A stretch of DNA of 50,452 bases from Spongospora subterranea f. sp. subterranea. Lineage: Eukaryota. This document shows, in pieces, positions 1 through 13,960 of the stretch. A program made the position numbers and the translations under genes. The stretch lies in assembly GCA_049724395.1 (NCBI GenBank), contig JAUGWO010000126.1, positions 1 to 50,452 on the forward strand, read 5' to 3'. Positions within the stretch are counted from its first letter, which is position 1, and every line of letters begins with the position of its first letter. The notes under the pieces are model-generated. The model did no database searches, was not told the origin of the DNA, and saw only the letters and a program-made list of their open reading frames with translations.

Positions 1-1560
1 CGGTGCCGATCCCACAATAATTGATATTGATGGCAATACAGCACTGCACTTGGCGATACAACATAGATCGTGTTGACTGCTATAATCTCTGGAAATTGCA
101 ACTCATCTGATTGATTCACAGTGGTGAAAAGATCATTACATATAATTAAAGCGGCGAGGGCAAAGGCTGTCGATGATCTGGGCCATAATGAGATGATGGA
201 TCCCTCTTGGTGTTCGAGTGGAGCAATGGTTCATGATCGCCTGTATATTCTTAATAGTGTTTTGAAATTATTGAAGTCGCTGATGTGATTTAACAGGGAC
301 CGAAATGCCATCAGTGAAGGCATCGTCAGAAATATTGAACCTCAAGAACAATGTGGGCGCACTCCTCTCTCAGATGCAGTTTATTATCGTTGGTTGGTCA
401 ATTTACTGTCTGGGTCTTGATTACGCCTTCAATAATGAGTTTCAGTGAGGAGATCTCCCGAATTCTGTTGGATCGCGGTGCCGATCCCACAATAACAGAT
501 ATTGATGGCAATACAGCACTGCACCTGGCGATACAACGAAATCTGTAGAGTGATATAATCTGTGGAAATTTCGACTCATCTGATTCAGATCTCACAGAAG
601 TGAAGAGATCATTATTGATATAATTGCGAGGGCAAAGGCTGTCATTCTGGGCCATAATGAGACGGATCCCTCTTTGTGTTCGAGTGGAACAGTGGTTCAT
701 GAGGGCCTGTATATTCTCGATAGATGTGTTGAAATCATTAAAGTATTGATCTGATTTAACAGGGACCGAAATAATCGGTGAAGCGACGTCAGAAATAATG
801 AACCTCAGGAACCATAAGGGGCACCGCTTTCAGGATGGCATTACTGTCTTCTGGATATCTTCAAAACGGTAGGTCAAATCTGACTGTCGTGGTCGATATT
901 AATGGCAATACACCTGCACATGGCGATAGAAGATGATGGTGTGTCTGTGTATCAACCAGTCTATGAGTATCGTATAATGCCAACATTTTTTTAATAATGA
1001 TCGGATCCCACTAAATCACAATGGTTCTGATCGCCTGTTCTGAAATCATTGAAGTCGCACATTAATGCCATGTGAAGCAACGTCAGAAATATTCAATCAC
1101 CAGCACTGTCAATATCGCCAATTTATTCTGGGTCTGGTTATCGCCTTTAATGAGTTTCAGTGAGGGCATCTCTCGAATTCTGGATCTCGGTGCCGATCCC
1201 ACAATAACAGATATTGATGGCAATACAGCACTCACCATGGCGATGATTCTGCTATAATATTGGAAATTGCCACCCATCTGATTGAGATCTCACAGAAGTG
1301 AAGAGATGATTAATGTAATTAAAGTGGCGAAGGCAAAGGCTGACGATATTCTGGGCCATAATCAAATGACGGAATTGGGTGTTTAAGTGGAACAATAAAT
1401 CATGATGGCCTGTACATTCTGAATCGGTTTGTTGGAATCAATGAAGTCGCTGATCTGCTTTAACAGGACCGAAATGCCATCGTTGAGGCGACATCTGAAA
1501 TAATGAACCTCAGGAACGATGAGGGGGAAACTCCTTTCTGCACTGCAGTTGATCATAATC
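1..1560 (+). repeat. Tandem ~480-bp 3-exon ankyrin module, about 3-4 copies, some eroded
   Basis: ggtgccgatcccacaataa...gatattgatggcaatacagcact recurs at ~2, ~477 and ~1189, with a truncated copy near 895, each followed by related intron/exon sequence. Confidence 0.75.
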
Positions 1561-4026
1561 GGTCGGTCAAATTCACTGTCCTGTTTTTAATCACCAACAT
1601 CAATAATGCGATCTGTGTATCTCCAGTGGTTTGCGAACACACTTTTTCTTAATGGTGCCGATCCCACTATATCGGATTACTTTGGGGATTCACCATTACA
1701 CATTCATTTGCCAACTGACATGTATGTCGCCCAAATACAAAATCAAATATTCACTGATGTGCTGACAGGACTGACGAAATGATCATTTTGATGATTGAAA
1801 ATATTGATGTCAATCATGTCAACAGATATGGATACACTTTTCTCCAGCTTGCAATTTTTTTCAAACGGTTTTTCGTAATCAATTTTGGATATGGATCAGC
1901 ACCTCATTAAAGTAAAAATGTAGGGAATTTTTGGTTAAACATCTGTTGAAGAGAGGCGTCGCTCCTATAATTCCTGATCGTGATGGAAATTCAGCACTTC
2001 ACCTGGCAATCGACGAAGGACTGTATTAAGAACAGTTCAAACTGTAGATTTCAAAATAGCTTATTAATATTTCTACAGAAGTGAGCAGATCATGATTGAT
2101 ATTATTGAAGCGGCGAGGCCAAAACCAATCCACCTTGTGCTCCAGAATCCGATGACAACACGATTTTATGCGTGTTTGTTTCAAAAATTGTTTAAAAGCC
2201 TGTATATTGCTCATATATCGGTCTGAAGGCCCTGATTTGATTTCACAGAAACCGAGATCTCGTCACTAAAATAATGGCTCTCTCGTGCGACGATATTATA
2301 AATTTGATGAACCATGATGGCCAAACTGCTTTTATCTCTGCAGTTCGTTTGAATCGGTTGGTCAAATCCTCTCTCTGGCTCTGATCGGCGAGTTCAATAC
2401 TAAGTCTCGTATCCCCAGTTTTGATGTCGCCCAAATTCTGTTGAAGAACGGTGCCGATCCCACAATAGCGGATAATCATAGGGATACACCATTGCACACT
2501 CTTCTATTGACCCTGTGAGTTAAACAGATCTCACCAAACACTCCAACATTTACTGATGTTATCACAGAACAGACTATTCAATTCTGTCAATGATGCACAA
2601 TATTGATATCAACCACCGGTACAATGATGGGTCCACTCTTTTCCATTGTGCTATTAAGTGTCGTCGGTTGGTCAATTGATATTGTGTGGACACTGATCGG
2701 CCTCTCAATAACACTGATTGGTTAGGGATGTGGTGGTTATGAAATTGTTGAAGAGAGGCGCCAATACCATTATTTCTGATTTTAATGGGAATACAGCCCT
2801 GCACCTGGCGATAATGCATAATCTGTGCACCTTTAATCGTGTTATATTTATCAAATATCTCATATTAAATTTCATAGAAGTGGAGAAACCATTATATCTA
2901 TAGTTGAGTCGGCAACGCCAAGAACGGCCGATCTGCTGGATCAAAACGGGATGATGGATCCCTCAGTGTGTCCGAGTGGAGAGTTAGTTCATGATCGGCT
3001 GTATATTGTTGATGGGCGTGTCGAGATCATTGAAGTCGCTAACCCGCTCTCACAGGAACCCAGATGTCAACAGTCGGGCCACGTCAAAAATACTCAATTT
3101 GAGAAACCAAAAATGGCAAACTGCTCTGTTTCTCGCAGTTTCTCTTGCACGGTTGGTAGAAATGAAAGTCTGGTTCTCATCACATCTTCAATTAATATGT
3201 TCTTGTATTTCCAGTTTTGATATCGTCCAGATCCTTCTCTCGAGAGGTGCCGATCCCAATATAGCTGATATTGATGGGCACACACCTTTGCAAACCCATA
3301 TGCCAACTGAATTGTATATCGACCAAATACCACCATATATTCAAAGACCTAATGCTGCCAACAGGACAGACGAAATCATCAAATCAATGATTAAAACTAT
3401 TGATGTCAACCACGCGGGCAATAATGGGGCAACACATCTTCATAGGGCTATAGAGAGTAATCGGTTGGTCCTAGTTTGTATTTGACCCTGATCAGCACCT
3501 TAATTAAACTGTCGTTATAGAGACGTTCTGGTGAAGTATCTGTTGAAGAGAGGCGCCAGTCCCCTTATTCCTGATCTTAATGGGAATACAGCACTGCACC
3601 TGGCGATATATCATAACCTGTAGACCGCAATACTGTGAATATAGTGAAAAATATCTGATTGAGATCTCACAGAAGTAAGCAGATCATTATCGATCTAATT
3701 GAGGCGGCGCCGTTATTCTTTGTGGAACCTGATGAGATGAAGGAACGTTATGGGACACTGGGTGGATCCTTGATCCTTTTTGGCCGGTCAGTTGACAACA
3801 CAAATGTCCAAAACATCAAAACCTCTGAATTGATATCTCAGGGACAATAGTCATATATTGGCTGTGGAGTGTCCCACAATAATCAAACTCAAAAATCATA
3901 ATGGTGAATCTGCTCTCGATATGGCAGTTTCGGCACAGCGGTTGGTCAATCTGCGCCTGGTCAGTGCTAAACTTACGTCATCAAAGGGTTGATCTTTTTG
4001 AGGTTCTATGGACCCGCTGGAGATAG
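1..4026 (+). CDS. Multi-exon ankyrin-repeat protein gene, 5' end outside the window; 5' portion partly degenerate
   Basis: Repeated ANK motifs (GADPTITDIDGNTALHLAI, GADPNIADIDGHTPL, DVNHAGNNGATHLHRAI). From ~2726 it splices in frame through phase-2 GT-AG introns of ~45-75 nt (donors gtgcac, gttagt, gttggt, gtatat, gtagac; acceptors cag/tag/aag) to TAG at 4024-4026. 780-1110 has many deletions. Confidence 0.85.
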
Positions 4027-4370
4027 AGAGTAGGAGGCTGAAAACCATTCCTCCAACGCAGCAAAGAAGGTTGAACTAATGCAAAGCTAAATTGATAAAT
4101 TAGTTGTGTTTAATAACTTCTATTTAAACTGCTGCATTTCAGACAGACCTTATGTGATTTATGTCGAACCCCAGAGTACCGGGTTTCGCCACCAAACTGC
4201 TGTTTGTTGACAGTTTGTTGATCAAAAGGGAAACTGTGCAATTGTGAATCATGAGGGGATATCACAAGTGACAATATCTCGCACATGATTATATCGGATA
4301 ATTGTTGAACGATCGAATCACGTCCATTCCGTCATGGTGATCATGACTCCCCAAATCCCAACGGTGCCTG

Positions 4371-7034
4371 TTATGAATGGCAAAAACTCCAGTCATTTTG
4401 CGAGGTATTAACATAACAACGCAAATATTGTTCTAAAATTTGGTTGACACGTTCCGTCTGACCATCTGATTCAGGGTGGCGCGCAGACGATAGATTTCGG
4501 TCAATTTTCAGTTGTTTCAATAGGTGCTTCCAGAATTTACTAATAAATTGCGGACCTCTATCTGAAATCATGCTGTCAGGGAGTCCATGAAACTTGAAGA
4601 TATTGTTAAACATCAAAGAAGCGAGATTGGTGCTAGTACAAGATTCCGTACAAGGAGTAAAATGAGCCATTTTGCTGAAACGGTCAACAACCACCAAAAT
4701 GGAGTCTGAGCCGCGTGATTTTGGAAGTTTGACAATGAAATCCATCGATATGGAAGACCAAGGTCTGGGGGGAATCGGTAGTGGCAAGAGCATACCCGAT
4801 GGCTTGTGTGGGGTGTTTTTTGATCGGGCGCAAATATCGCAAGACTTGACATAATTGCGAATCATCGAATGCATTCCAGGCCACCAGAAATCACGGCAGA
4901 CGAGTTCTTGGGTTTTCGCAATGCCAAAATGGCCCGCTAGCGTGGAATCGTGCCTAGTGATGAGAAGTTTTAGACGATCATCGTGTTGGTGAATATATTT
5001 TCGTCGTTGAAAAAACAGATCTCCGTCATGAAAAGAGAAGTGTGAAAGGTCATATTTACCTAGTCCTAACTCGGAAAGTTTTGTGATGAGCGTATTCTCT
5101 CTGGGATCTGCAGGGTTGGCAAAATTGATGTTGTTGACGAATATGTGTGAATGGAGGACAGGGCGAGGCACTGCAGATTCGCAATGATAATCCGAACGTC
5201 TGGACAGTGCGTCTGCTTTTACATTTAAATGTCCTGGTCTGTGTTTGATGCAAAAGGAAAACTCAGACAGAAATAAAGACCAACGTGCTTGGCGACGGTT
5301 CAGTATTTTGGAGCTCATAAACCACTGAAGGTTTCGGTGGTCACTCCAAACAGTGATAGGCTCCGCGGCGCCATCCAAATAATGCCTCCATTCTTGAAAG
5401 GCAGCGACGATTGCTAATAGTTCCTTATCGTAAATTTCGTAGTTTAGCTCAGACGGGTTGAGCTTTCTAGAAAAGTACGCGATAGGGTGCTCACCATCAT
5501 CGTGGGCTTGCGAGAGAACGGCACCGAGGGCGAAGTCCGATGCATCAGTTTCCACAATAATAGGCAGAACAGGGTTAAACGTAGTTAGAACTGGAGCAGA
5601 AACGAAAGAGCGTTTTAACATATCAAAGGAAATTTGACATTGGGGAGTGCACTTGAAGGTGGCATGTTTGTGTGTTAGTTCATATAAAGGCATACAGGTT
5701 GACGCGAAATTGGAAATAAATTGTCGATAAAAATTTGCAAATCCTAAGAATGATTGAAGTTCCTTGACAGAGAGGGGTTGGGGCCACGAATTAACAGCAT
5801 TGACACGGGCTGGGTCCATTTTGACACATTTGTTGGAGATTACATATCCCAAGAATTGAACCTCTGAAGCGTGAAAAGCACATTTTTTTTCCATTTTAAC
5901 GTACAGACCTTGTTCCCGTAACACTGCCAGGACGGAGCGAACGTGATTTATGTGATCAGCTTCTGTATCAGAATATATCAATATATCGTCCAGGTAGGAG
6001 ACAATAAAAATTCCAATAAAACCACGAAATACATCGTTCATAAAATGCTGAAAACAGGCTGGGGCATTCGCTAAACCGAAAGGCATAACTAAGTATTCAT
6101 ACAATCCGAAAGCCCAACGGAATGCCGTCTTCCACTCATGCCCTTCTTTGATGCGTACCAGGTTATAGGCTCCTCGCAGATCAATTTTTGTAAATATTTT
6201 CCCTCGCGAGGCCTGTGATAACAGGTCTGAAATCAATGGTAATGGATATCTGTTCTTAATGGTCAGCTCATTGATTTTACGAAAGTCGACGCATAAACGA
6301 AGCGTTTTGTCCTTTTTGGGGACAAACATGACTGGAGAACTGCAAGATGACTTGGATGGTCGAATAAACCCTTTCTGCAGGTTCTCATTGAGGTGTTCAC
6401 GCAGCGCTTCCGTTTCTTTTTGCGATAGACGGTAAATTGGTCCGAATGGGGGAGCGGAGCCAACATGTAGGTCGATTGAACAATCATAGGGACGATGTGG
6501 CGGTAGTATATCAGCCTTTTTCTTTGAGAAAACATCTGTGAAATCGCGGTAGTGTTCCGGAAGCATGGGAGTGGAATTTTTCATTGCTGGGATGACTGAC
6601 ATTGCTGCTAACGGAATGTCTGGGGATTCAGCGTGAGAAACTCTCAACTTGCCATTTCGCCAGTCTATTTGTGGATTGAACTTCTGTAACCAATCATAAC
6701 CAAGAATAACGTCGAACTGTGATTGAGGTAGAATAAAAAATTTCCAATAAAAACAGCTGTCCCCGATTTGAACGTCAGTCGCCGATTTTTCACTGACATT
6801 CGTTCCCAAGCGATCGGTAAAACAGGAAACCCGGATTGCTCCCTTTAGTTTTGTTCGTTCTAACTGGGAAATAGAGGCAACGGATGAACTAACGAAACTG
6901 GCGCCAGCCCCGCTATCCACCAATATTTTCACTGGAGCACTACAGTGATGAGGCCCTACGCGCCCAGTAATGGTAAACCCAGAGTAAGGCTGATGAGTAG
7001 AGTTTAATGAGAACGATGATTGACGATTAGCCAA
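4371..7034 (-). mobile_element. pol: Ty3/Gypsy (Tf2-like) pol polyprotein: protease, RT, RNase H, integrase; truncated after the integrase core
   Basis: 887-aa ORF with LVDSGA (protease), RLCVDFR/KIDLRGAY/MPFGL/YLDD (RT), ETDAS and ELLAIV (RNase H), H..GH..C..C zinc finger, and SMDF/SDRG/GQTERVN (DDE), in Gypsy domain order. Confidence 0.96.
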
Positions 7035-7260
7035 TGCAGGGCACTTGGAAGATGTGATGATTCAAACCGAGATTGATGGAAGAAATCAAAGGAGTTCGGT
7101 TTCGAGTTCACATCATACAAAGTCCAGCTCGGATGATATTGTTAACAACTACAGACCCGATCATGTTGGTGTATAATATACTGATGTTGTATGTAATATG
7201 GCCCTATGTCTCTCGTCGATTATCTTTCTTCAAATGTAGCAATCATGCGGCGTTGGACAA
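7035..7260 (-). pseudogene. Possible degenerate gag 3' end (zinc-knuckle remnant) of the same Gypsy element
   Basis: The minus strand gives RAGLC... and H.SSKCP just upstream of the protease ORF, interrupted by stops and frameshifts. Confidence 0.3.
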
Positions 7261-8159
7261 ACACGGTTCATACTGATCAATTATCACAGCGTTGGCTGCT
7301 CAATCTGGCCCAGGTCTAATATGTTTATTCAGTGGATACCCAATTTACTTGTTGCGGCCAGGCGAAAGTTGGGAATTCCTGGGAGTACACAGGATTTTTT
7401 GTGATTGAGTTCAACTAGGGCCAGACGACGATTGCTCGTCATCTGGGCACAAACTCCTGCGTTTGCGATCCGCCCAGTCTTCGTCGCTGTAGCCATAGCT
7501 TGTGTTTGGGATAAGAACCTTCGCTATACGTTGCTCATCATTCTGACCCACAACAATGGTTGTGTGAGGTTGGGATGATCCGACTCACTAAACCCCCGAA
7601 ACCCATTGAGACTCATGGGAAATTCCTTACGGAACACCATTGCTGCAGGAACGTCGCCTTCATCGCAAACCAGCTGATTGCTTATAATGGCTTTCTCCTC
7701 TGGGAGTTTTCAAGAGGGTTTCTCCTCTTGTATGTAAACGTCCTCAGATAAAACATCCTCTTCGTCTTGCTTTGTTCAGGATTCGATTCATTTCTGCTGG
7801 ATGTGCCCACAGTGCTGTCTCGAAATCAGTCCCTAATTTGTCAAATTCGTCTCTGCTGTGCTGTAAGGGTGATCTATCAGGATAGCCAGCGAATCCGCTT
7901 GCTTTGACACTTCGGTCAATATAATGGTCTCGATGTTTGGTTAATTACACAGGATTACTCAACACATATGAACCCGCGAACCTTTGTATACCATACCATA
8001 CTATTCCATCTCCAACATCTTGCTGAATACTCCATCAGGCTTGTGCTCATTTACAACCTTTGATATCTGGTTTTCACCATTGGACTAGGAGCGATTTCCA
8101 ATGGAGTCAGATAGGATTGATCGCAACGCTTCGAGGTCGTCTGTTCGGCCTTAAGGAAG

Positions 8160-8630
8160 TGATACTGAATTAGGGAAGGGAAACAGTCCTCATTCGTAAG
8201 CCCGAACTACGAAAAATGGGTGTCGACCCCGAAACAATATTAGACGAATTCCTGTCGAGCGCGACCGACAACGGCATCGTGGTGGCACGTTCAATGAATG
8301 CCCAAATAGTACCACAACCTAAACGCCTCTCGGTCTCAACCAACGACTACCCAGAACGCGGATTTGATTGCGATTTTCTAATCGGGAACGACGACTTTCT
8401 AAATATCAAAAAAGCAATCGACGATATGGTAAACAGGAGCATCTCAAGTGGAATCCCATTCACGAGTAAGCCGGACCTACTAAAGCTGGTGTCCAGTTTT
8501 GATGTTTGGCGAACCTGCCTTGGGAATGATCCTCCAGCCAAAGTCACTCCACAAGTTCTACACACCGAAAAGTTGACGCAAAGCACTTCCGCTGGAAATT
8601 ACGACGCTATTCATTACAATAGCAAACATT
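8160..8630 (+). mobile_element. Gypsy protease-RT linker fragment
   Basis: FDVWRTCLGNDPPAKV, then in a shifted frame FRWKLRRYS, typical of sequence just before Gypsy RT. Confidence 0.6.
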
Positions 8631-8639
8631 TTAACATGA

Positions 8640-9291
8640 AGACACACAAGCATTGGAATAGGAAATCACGTCTACAGAAACCCTGGCAGTCGAGATGCCT
8701 CAGCCGCATTAACCTGGACAGGAATACACCAAATGGGCAGGGTTCGGCGATGGCTGGTCTCCAATTGGCGAAGTCTGGGAATCTATAAAACCATTCATGC
8801 AAAGGTAGATGTTGCAGCAAAAGCTCTCTATACAGTAAATTACCACAAATCCACTCGAAAGGAGGAAATCGCAAAGCACAAAAGAATCGAACTTCTTCCA
8901 GTGACCCGGATGTAGAAATATGGACTGATGGCAGTTATACCAATGGGAAAAAAGGGGGCGCTCCGGCCCTTACTTGCTATAAAAACACCAAATGTCAAGT
9001 TGCGAATCACACTGATCAGAAGTCGCAAATCAAACTGGGTCGCAAAATCACCTCGAGTTACGAAGCCGAAATAATGGCATTACATGCTGGTCTAGGACTA
9101 GCCATAGATAAGGAATTCAAAAACAGAACGATCCACGTAATGACAGACTCGTTATCCTGGGTAAGTCAATTTCAATCATTACCTATCAAACCTCGAAGAG
9201 TATATGAAGTTGTGGCAGACTCTGCTCGACTGATAGCGAAATTATCCCGACGCCAACAGATTCACATTCACTACATTCCAAATCATGTCCA
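8640..9291 (+). mobile_element. Non-LTR (LINE)-type RNase H fragment
   Basis: EIWTDGS (~8915), SSYEAEIMAL, IHVMTDSLS and IHIHYIPNHV match RNase HI motifs of non-LTR elements; frameshifted. Confidence 0.8.
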
Positions 9292-9294
9292 CCA

Positions 9295-11070
9295 GCAGCA
9301 AACCTGCGCATCAATACCAAGAAAAGCCACTTCTTTCGCCATACTTTCAGCAGTAATGGGATATCCATCGATACGAGGAAACTCGTCGATGTCGAGAAGT
9401 GGAATTTTCAGCAATCCGGTACGGAAATATCCCAATTTCTAGGACTGATGAATTACTTCAGAGATTTCATTCCACGTTATTCAACATTAGCAGCGCCGTT
9501 AGAGTCCATGAGAAAAAAGTCCAAACCTGACGAACGAGCATTGGACCGATTAGCGAACTCAGTCATTCGAGCCGTTGAAGGCAGCCCTTCGATTAAGAAC
9601 ATTTTTCTCGTTTCCAGACGTTTACTTATCAGCTGAGGAAACCAGAGGACGAACGTATCCGGCAATCGTGATTGGATTCTTCTCTATGCCAGAGCGTTGC
9701 ATCAGTCGGAGTGCAATTTATTCAACGACACGGAAAGAGCTTCTTGGAATCGTTTTTGCGCTGAAACGGTGTCGTTATTTTGTATGGGGGCGTCATTTTA
9801 CTGTTTATACGGATCATCGAGCACTTGCATATATTTATTTTCGCAGAAAATCATATCACCAATTCTCTACAATTGGATTGATACCATTATGCCGTATGGT
9901 CTTACAATCATCCATCGTCCAGGCATTTTGCATGTCTTGCCGGATGCGATTTCAAGGCTTTATTGGTCGTCGAAAATCGAGCGAACCTTTCGCATCACAG
10001 CGCAAACATTGGCATCAATGAGCAAGAGCCTAACTATGAAGTCCATCCAGAGGAATTGCGTCAGGATGCGATTGAGGCGGCTCATATTCAAGGTGAGTTT
10101 GTCGTCAAAGCTACTGTTGTTGCACTGGTCGATGGCCGTCCATGGGCCGTCATGTCGCCGACAACATCAGTGGGTGCACACGATGCCAAATGCACAATAC
10201 AGTCAGACAAGGCGATCACCCATTGACACCTATTACGGCCGTCAATGCCAATGGACCATCGTGCTGTTCATACAGCGACCTCATTCCCAACTTCTCCTAC
10301 GGGAAATAATGTTTTGTGTTGACATTCGTTTCGTATTTTTACGAGCAATGCCTGACAAGACACAGCCGCTTCTGTTGCTACGAATTTTTTCGCTATTTTC
10401 GCTGACTTTGGGGTTCCTCGCATCATCCAGTCTGACAACGGAACCGCATTCGTGAACCAGCTCGTTGATTTCCTTGTCAAGAGCACAGGTGTTGATCCTC
10501 GTTTGACCACTCCTTACCATCCACGTGGCAATGGTCTCATTCAACGTTTCGTCCATAATCATCACCTCGTGCCATCAGGATATTGCTAGAAGCTGAAGCA
10601 CGTTTATGGGATCGTTACGGGCCAGGAGGGTTCAGCTTTTCATGGACGCCAAGATAGCTGCTGAACCTTAATCCGCCATTTTCGGTAATGTCTGGACGAC
10701 GCATAAAACCCGTTTGATGATTTTCCGAAGTTAATATCAGTTCTTTGGAAAGCGAGTATCAATGTGTCAAACATCGTTTAATATGGTTAACAGAGGTCTT
10801 ATTTTCTGCGATCCACGAGAGGAACTCATCTCTCGCATCCCATGCGATCGCACATTTTGCTAAAGCCAAACACATTCTCAAGGAACCGGTTCCTGTCGGG
10901 TCATATGTCATGGTCATTGGTCCTACTCGGTCTTCCAGGGCCCAGCCTTTTTATGAGAAGCCATATCAGGTCCTGAACAAGACTTCAGGAGGCTCTTATC
11001 ATCTAGACAGTGACAACCTGCTGTACCGTCGTACGACCGCTCCATCGCAAATGAAGATTGTCGCAATCGT
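9295..11070 (+). mobile_element. Degenerate Gypsy pol fragment (RT C-terminus, RNase H, integrase)
   Basis: QFLGLMNYFRDFIP; YSTTRKELLGIVFALK...FTVYTDHRAL; LPDAISR; IQSDNGTAF...TTPYHPRGNG; many frameshifts. Confidence 0.9.
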
Positions 11071-11979
11071 CAGGATGATGTCGACGTGTCGCCATCAGAC
11101 GCTCCTTGCTCTGGCGCGTCACGCTCTTCGCTTTCGTCCGCGTCTATCTTGACCGATTCCGTACATGGATCGTCATTGATATGATCTGAGTCCATTTCCA
11201 ATTCATATGGGATGTTAGTGATGTTAAGCATCGCGCACAGCAATGCCACAATTGAATCCCTGTCAACAATTGCCAAACAAGTTATCATCAACGGGCATAG
11301 TCCCGATTTCAGGATCAAGTGAAATGCCAGCCGGCACCTTGCAGATCAAGAGCCATTAGGCAGCGGTTGGAGTGCACGAAGGTAAAATCAGTGAACGCGG
11401 TCGCGATTAAGCGATCGGTTTCACTCGTTGAATCGTCTTTGGCGTAATGAGAGCAATGACGTTCTGATTACTTACCAACTCAACGAACTTGTTGTCGAAT
11501 CTGGCGCTCGATTTGCCAAAAATCGCTGATTTGACCATGCGAAGTGAATGGGCAGATCAATCGCGTCTGGCAACAGTTCCGGAACCAATATTTTGTGTCG
11601 TTGATAGCGTGTTGAAGATGCCAGAAGCATGAGCACAGAACGCCAAGTGCTGCACAATCCTGGTGTGGATCTGGACTTATCGTGTTTCCTCAGCAGCATA
11701 AAAAGTTTATATAAGGGGTCAAGGGAAGGACGGGATCAAGTCTTAATCCCCTGTTCACCTACAGAACGTTGAACAGTCGAATACTGATTAGCCAAACACC
11801 TGACCCGATCGTGCAAAGCTTCGAATTTTTCAGAGACCCTTGGTAAGAATATCAGCCAGATTATCTTTGAGGGGACTTACACAATTTTGATTTTATTTGT
11901 TTGAACCAGTTCCCGAATATAATGCTCACGAATATCAATGTATTTTTTTTTTGAATTACAATCATTCCAAACGCAATGG

Positions 11980-12510
11980 AACCATGATTATCTTGATTAA
12001 GAGTTGCTGGGTATGCTTGAGAAAACCCAAGTTCATCAGGAACATTGCGGAGCCAAACGGCTTCACACCTGCGAATGACGAGGCAATGGATTCAGCTTCA
12101 CATGACGACGGTGACGTAGTAGATTGTTTTCTTAACTCGATATGATACCGGAGAGCCGTTCACTTGAAATACATAATCAGAGGTCGATCTGCGAAAGTAT
12201 CGAGATCTCCAGCCCAATCAGAGTCGGAATATCCAGTAATTGTCACTACTGATGTATTGGATGATCTGTTATACAATAGCCCCAATGTTCCACATCATGT
12301 GACACTTCACCAACGACATATGATATATCAGTTCGAGTGTGTAATGGCCAGATCAAATGACCAACAGCAGATCGATAGTCAATGCGTTGCTGGTCAAGTC
12401 GCACAACGTCACGATCATGATCAGTCTGTGGACACATTAGTTTAGTTAGCTTGATATCAGTTGCTGTTGGAGTTGGCTGCCGAGTAGAGTTGTTCACTCC
12501 ATACAATTCT
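11980..12510 (-). mobile_element. Ty1/Copia RT end and RNase H fragment
   Basis: YRSAVGHLIW..TRTDISYVV, ITGYSDSDWAGD and KQSTTSPSSCEAE on the minus strand. Confidence 0.88.
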
Positions 12511-12519
12511 AGTATATAA

Positions 12520-13960
12520 TCTACCTATATGGTTTCCTTGATGGTCACCTGGAATGCCCTTCATGTTAACCTTTGATATCCATCTGGTGACGAGGTTAGC
12601 GTCGCCGGGATCGTTTTCGTAGTCGTCAGGAAACTCCTGTCGCGTTTCGTTGATAATGTTCCGCTTTATTCGAAGTTTCATGTTGATATTATAATCGGCG
12701 TCATCGGCGATCGTGGGTTCTTCCACCTCCAGATGATTGCCAGAGACGCTCGATCAATGATGTATGTGGATCAATACCCAATGCGACATGTTCGGGCTGA
12801 CCGATCAGAACGATATCGTCAGACAGGTCCTGTTCACTGATATAGCACTAGCGTCCCCGTAAAGTACGTGATTTGCCGGTCGACGTTGTCAACGTCAACT
12901 CCAGTTTGGCAGCGGCGACGATTGTGATTGGATTGTCTTGGACGCTGGTTCCGCCCGAAGTGGTGGATCATAGTATTTCACGCTGACAACTTCAGTCTCC
13001 TGAATTTTTCGTAGCATGCTGAGCGATAAAGTTGTACGAGAAGAACAGTTGTCGAGATCGTATCGCCATGAGTTATGTTTGCCGACGCGCACTGTTTGCG
13101 CGTCTGCTTTTAAACGTGGTGATGAGAATGATTGATTTCGTTTGGCATGAATACGCGACAGATCCGTCGTGAAACTCTGTTTTTTTGTCTTTGGAAGATT
13201 TGCGAGCGCCTTTGCAATTGCCTGTGCTTGCTGGTTGGACAAATCTGAACCCAATGATTTCCCTTGCAAACGAGACAGCCGCCGTCCGGTGGTGGTGGTT
13301 GGCATCGTCGGCTTGGAATCGATCGGTGTAAAATACTTGTGCTGTTGCTGCGCCTCTTCATAAGAATCAGGTCGAAGAGGAATCCCTCATCCTTATTCGC
13401 GGTCAAGGAATCCTGATCATATTGGATTACACTTTTTACCTCGGCACGTACTGGTTCGGGTCGGATCCCCTCGATCAGGTACTTGCACTTCATTTTTGAA
13501 TTGTGTTTCCCTTCGGCGTACGCCGTTTCGAGCGCAAACTCTCTATTGAGGCGGTCGAAACATGTGAACATATCAGGAACCCGCGATTCGATGTGTGTCG
13601 TTCGCAAATTCATTACTTTATCTCCGTCTTGTTCCTCTACTCCTCAAAGACCGCCTTGTCGTTGATAATTGAGCTAGTCTGAAGGGATTGAAGGTATATC
13701 AGATTATCAGAATCAGAGATTTCGTCATATGATTTTTTCAGTTTGAATTTACAAAGGGGTCGGAGTTCATCCTCATCGACCCGATTTTTGACGCTTATCG
13801 GGAGAATCACTTCGTTTATGGCGATTCCTCTGATCGTTGACGATGCGGCCATTCGTCGCATTGTCTCTCAGAAACGTCGAACATTCGCTAGGAACAGGTC
13901 GGCCAGGAACGGCGCTTTTACTTGCGCGAATACGAGAGGTTGTGCCCTCCTGATCGCGTT
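12520..13960 (-). mobile_element. LTR-retrotransposon (Gypsy-like) gag and protease remnant
   Basis: Gag-like helical region (KYLIEGIRPEPVRAEVK), knuckle CLVCKGNHWVQICP, then a degenerate protease motif LDNCSSRT; frameshifted. Confidence 0.7.
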
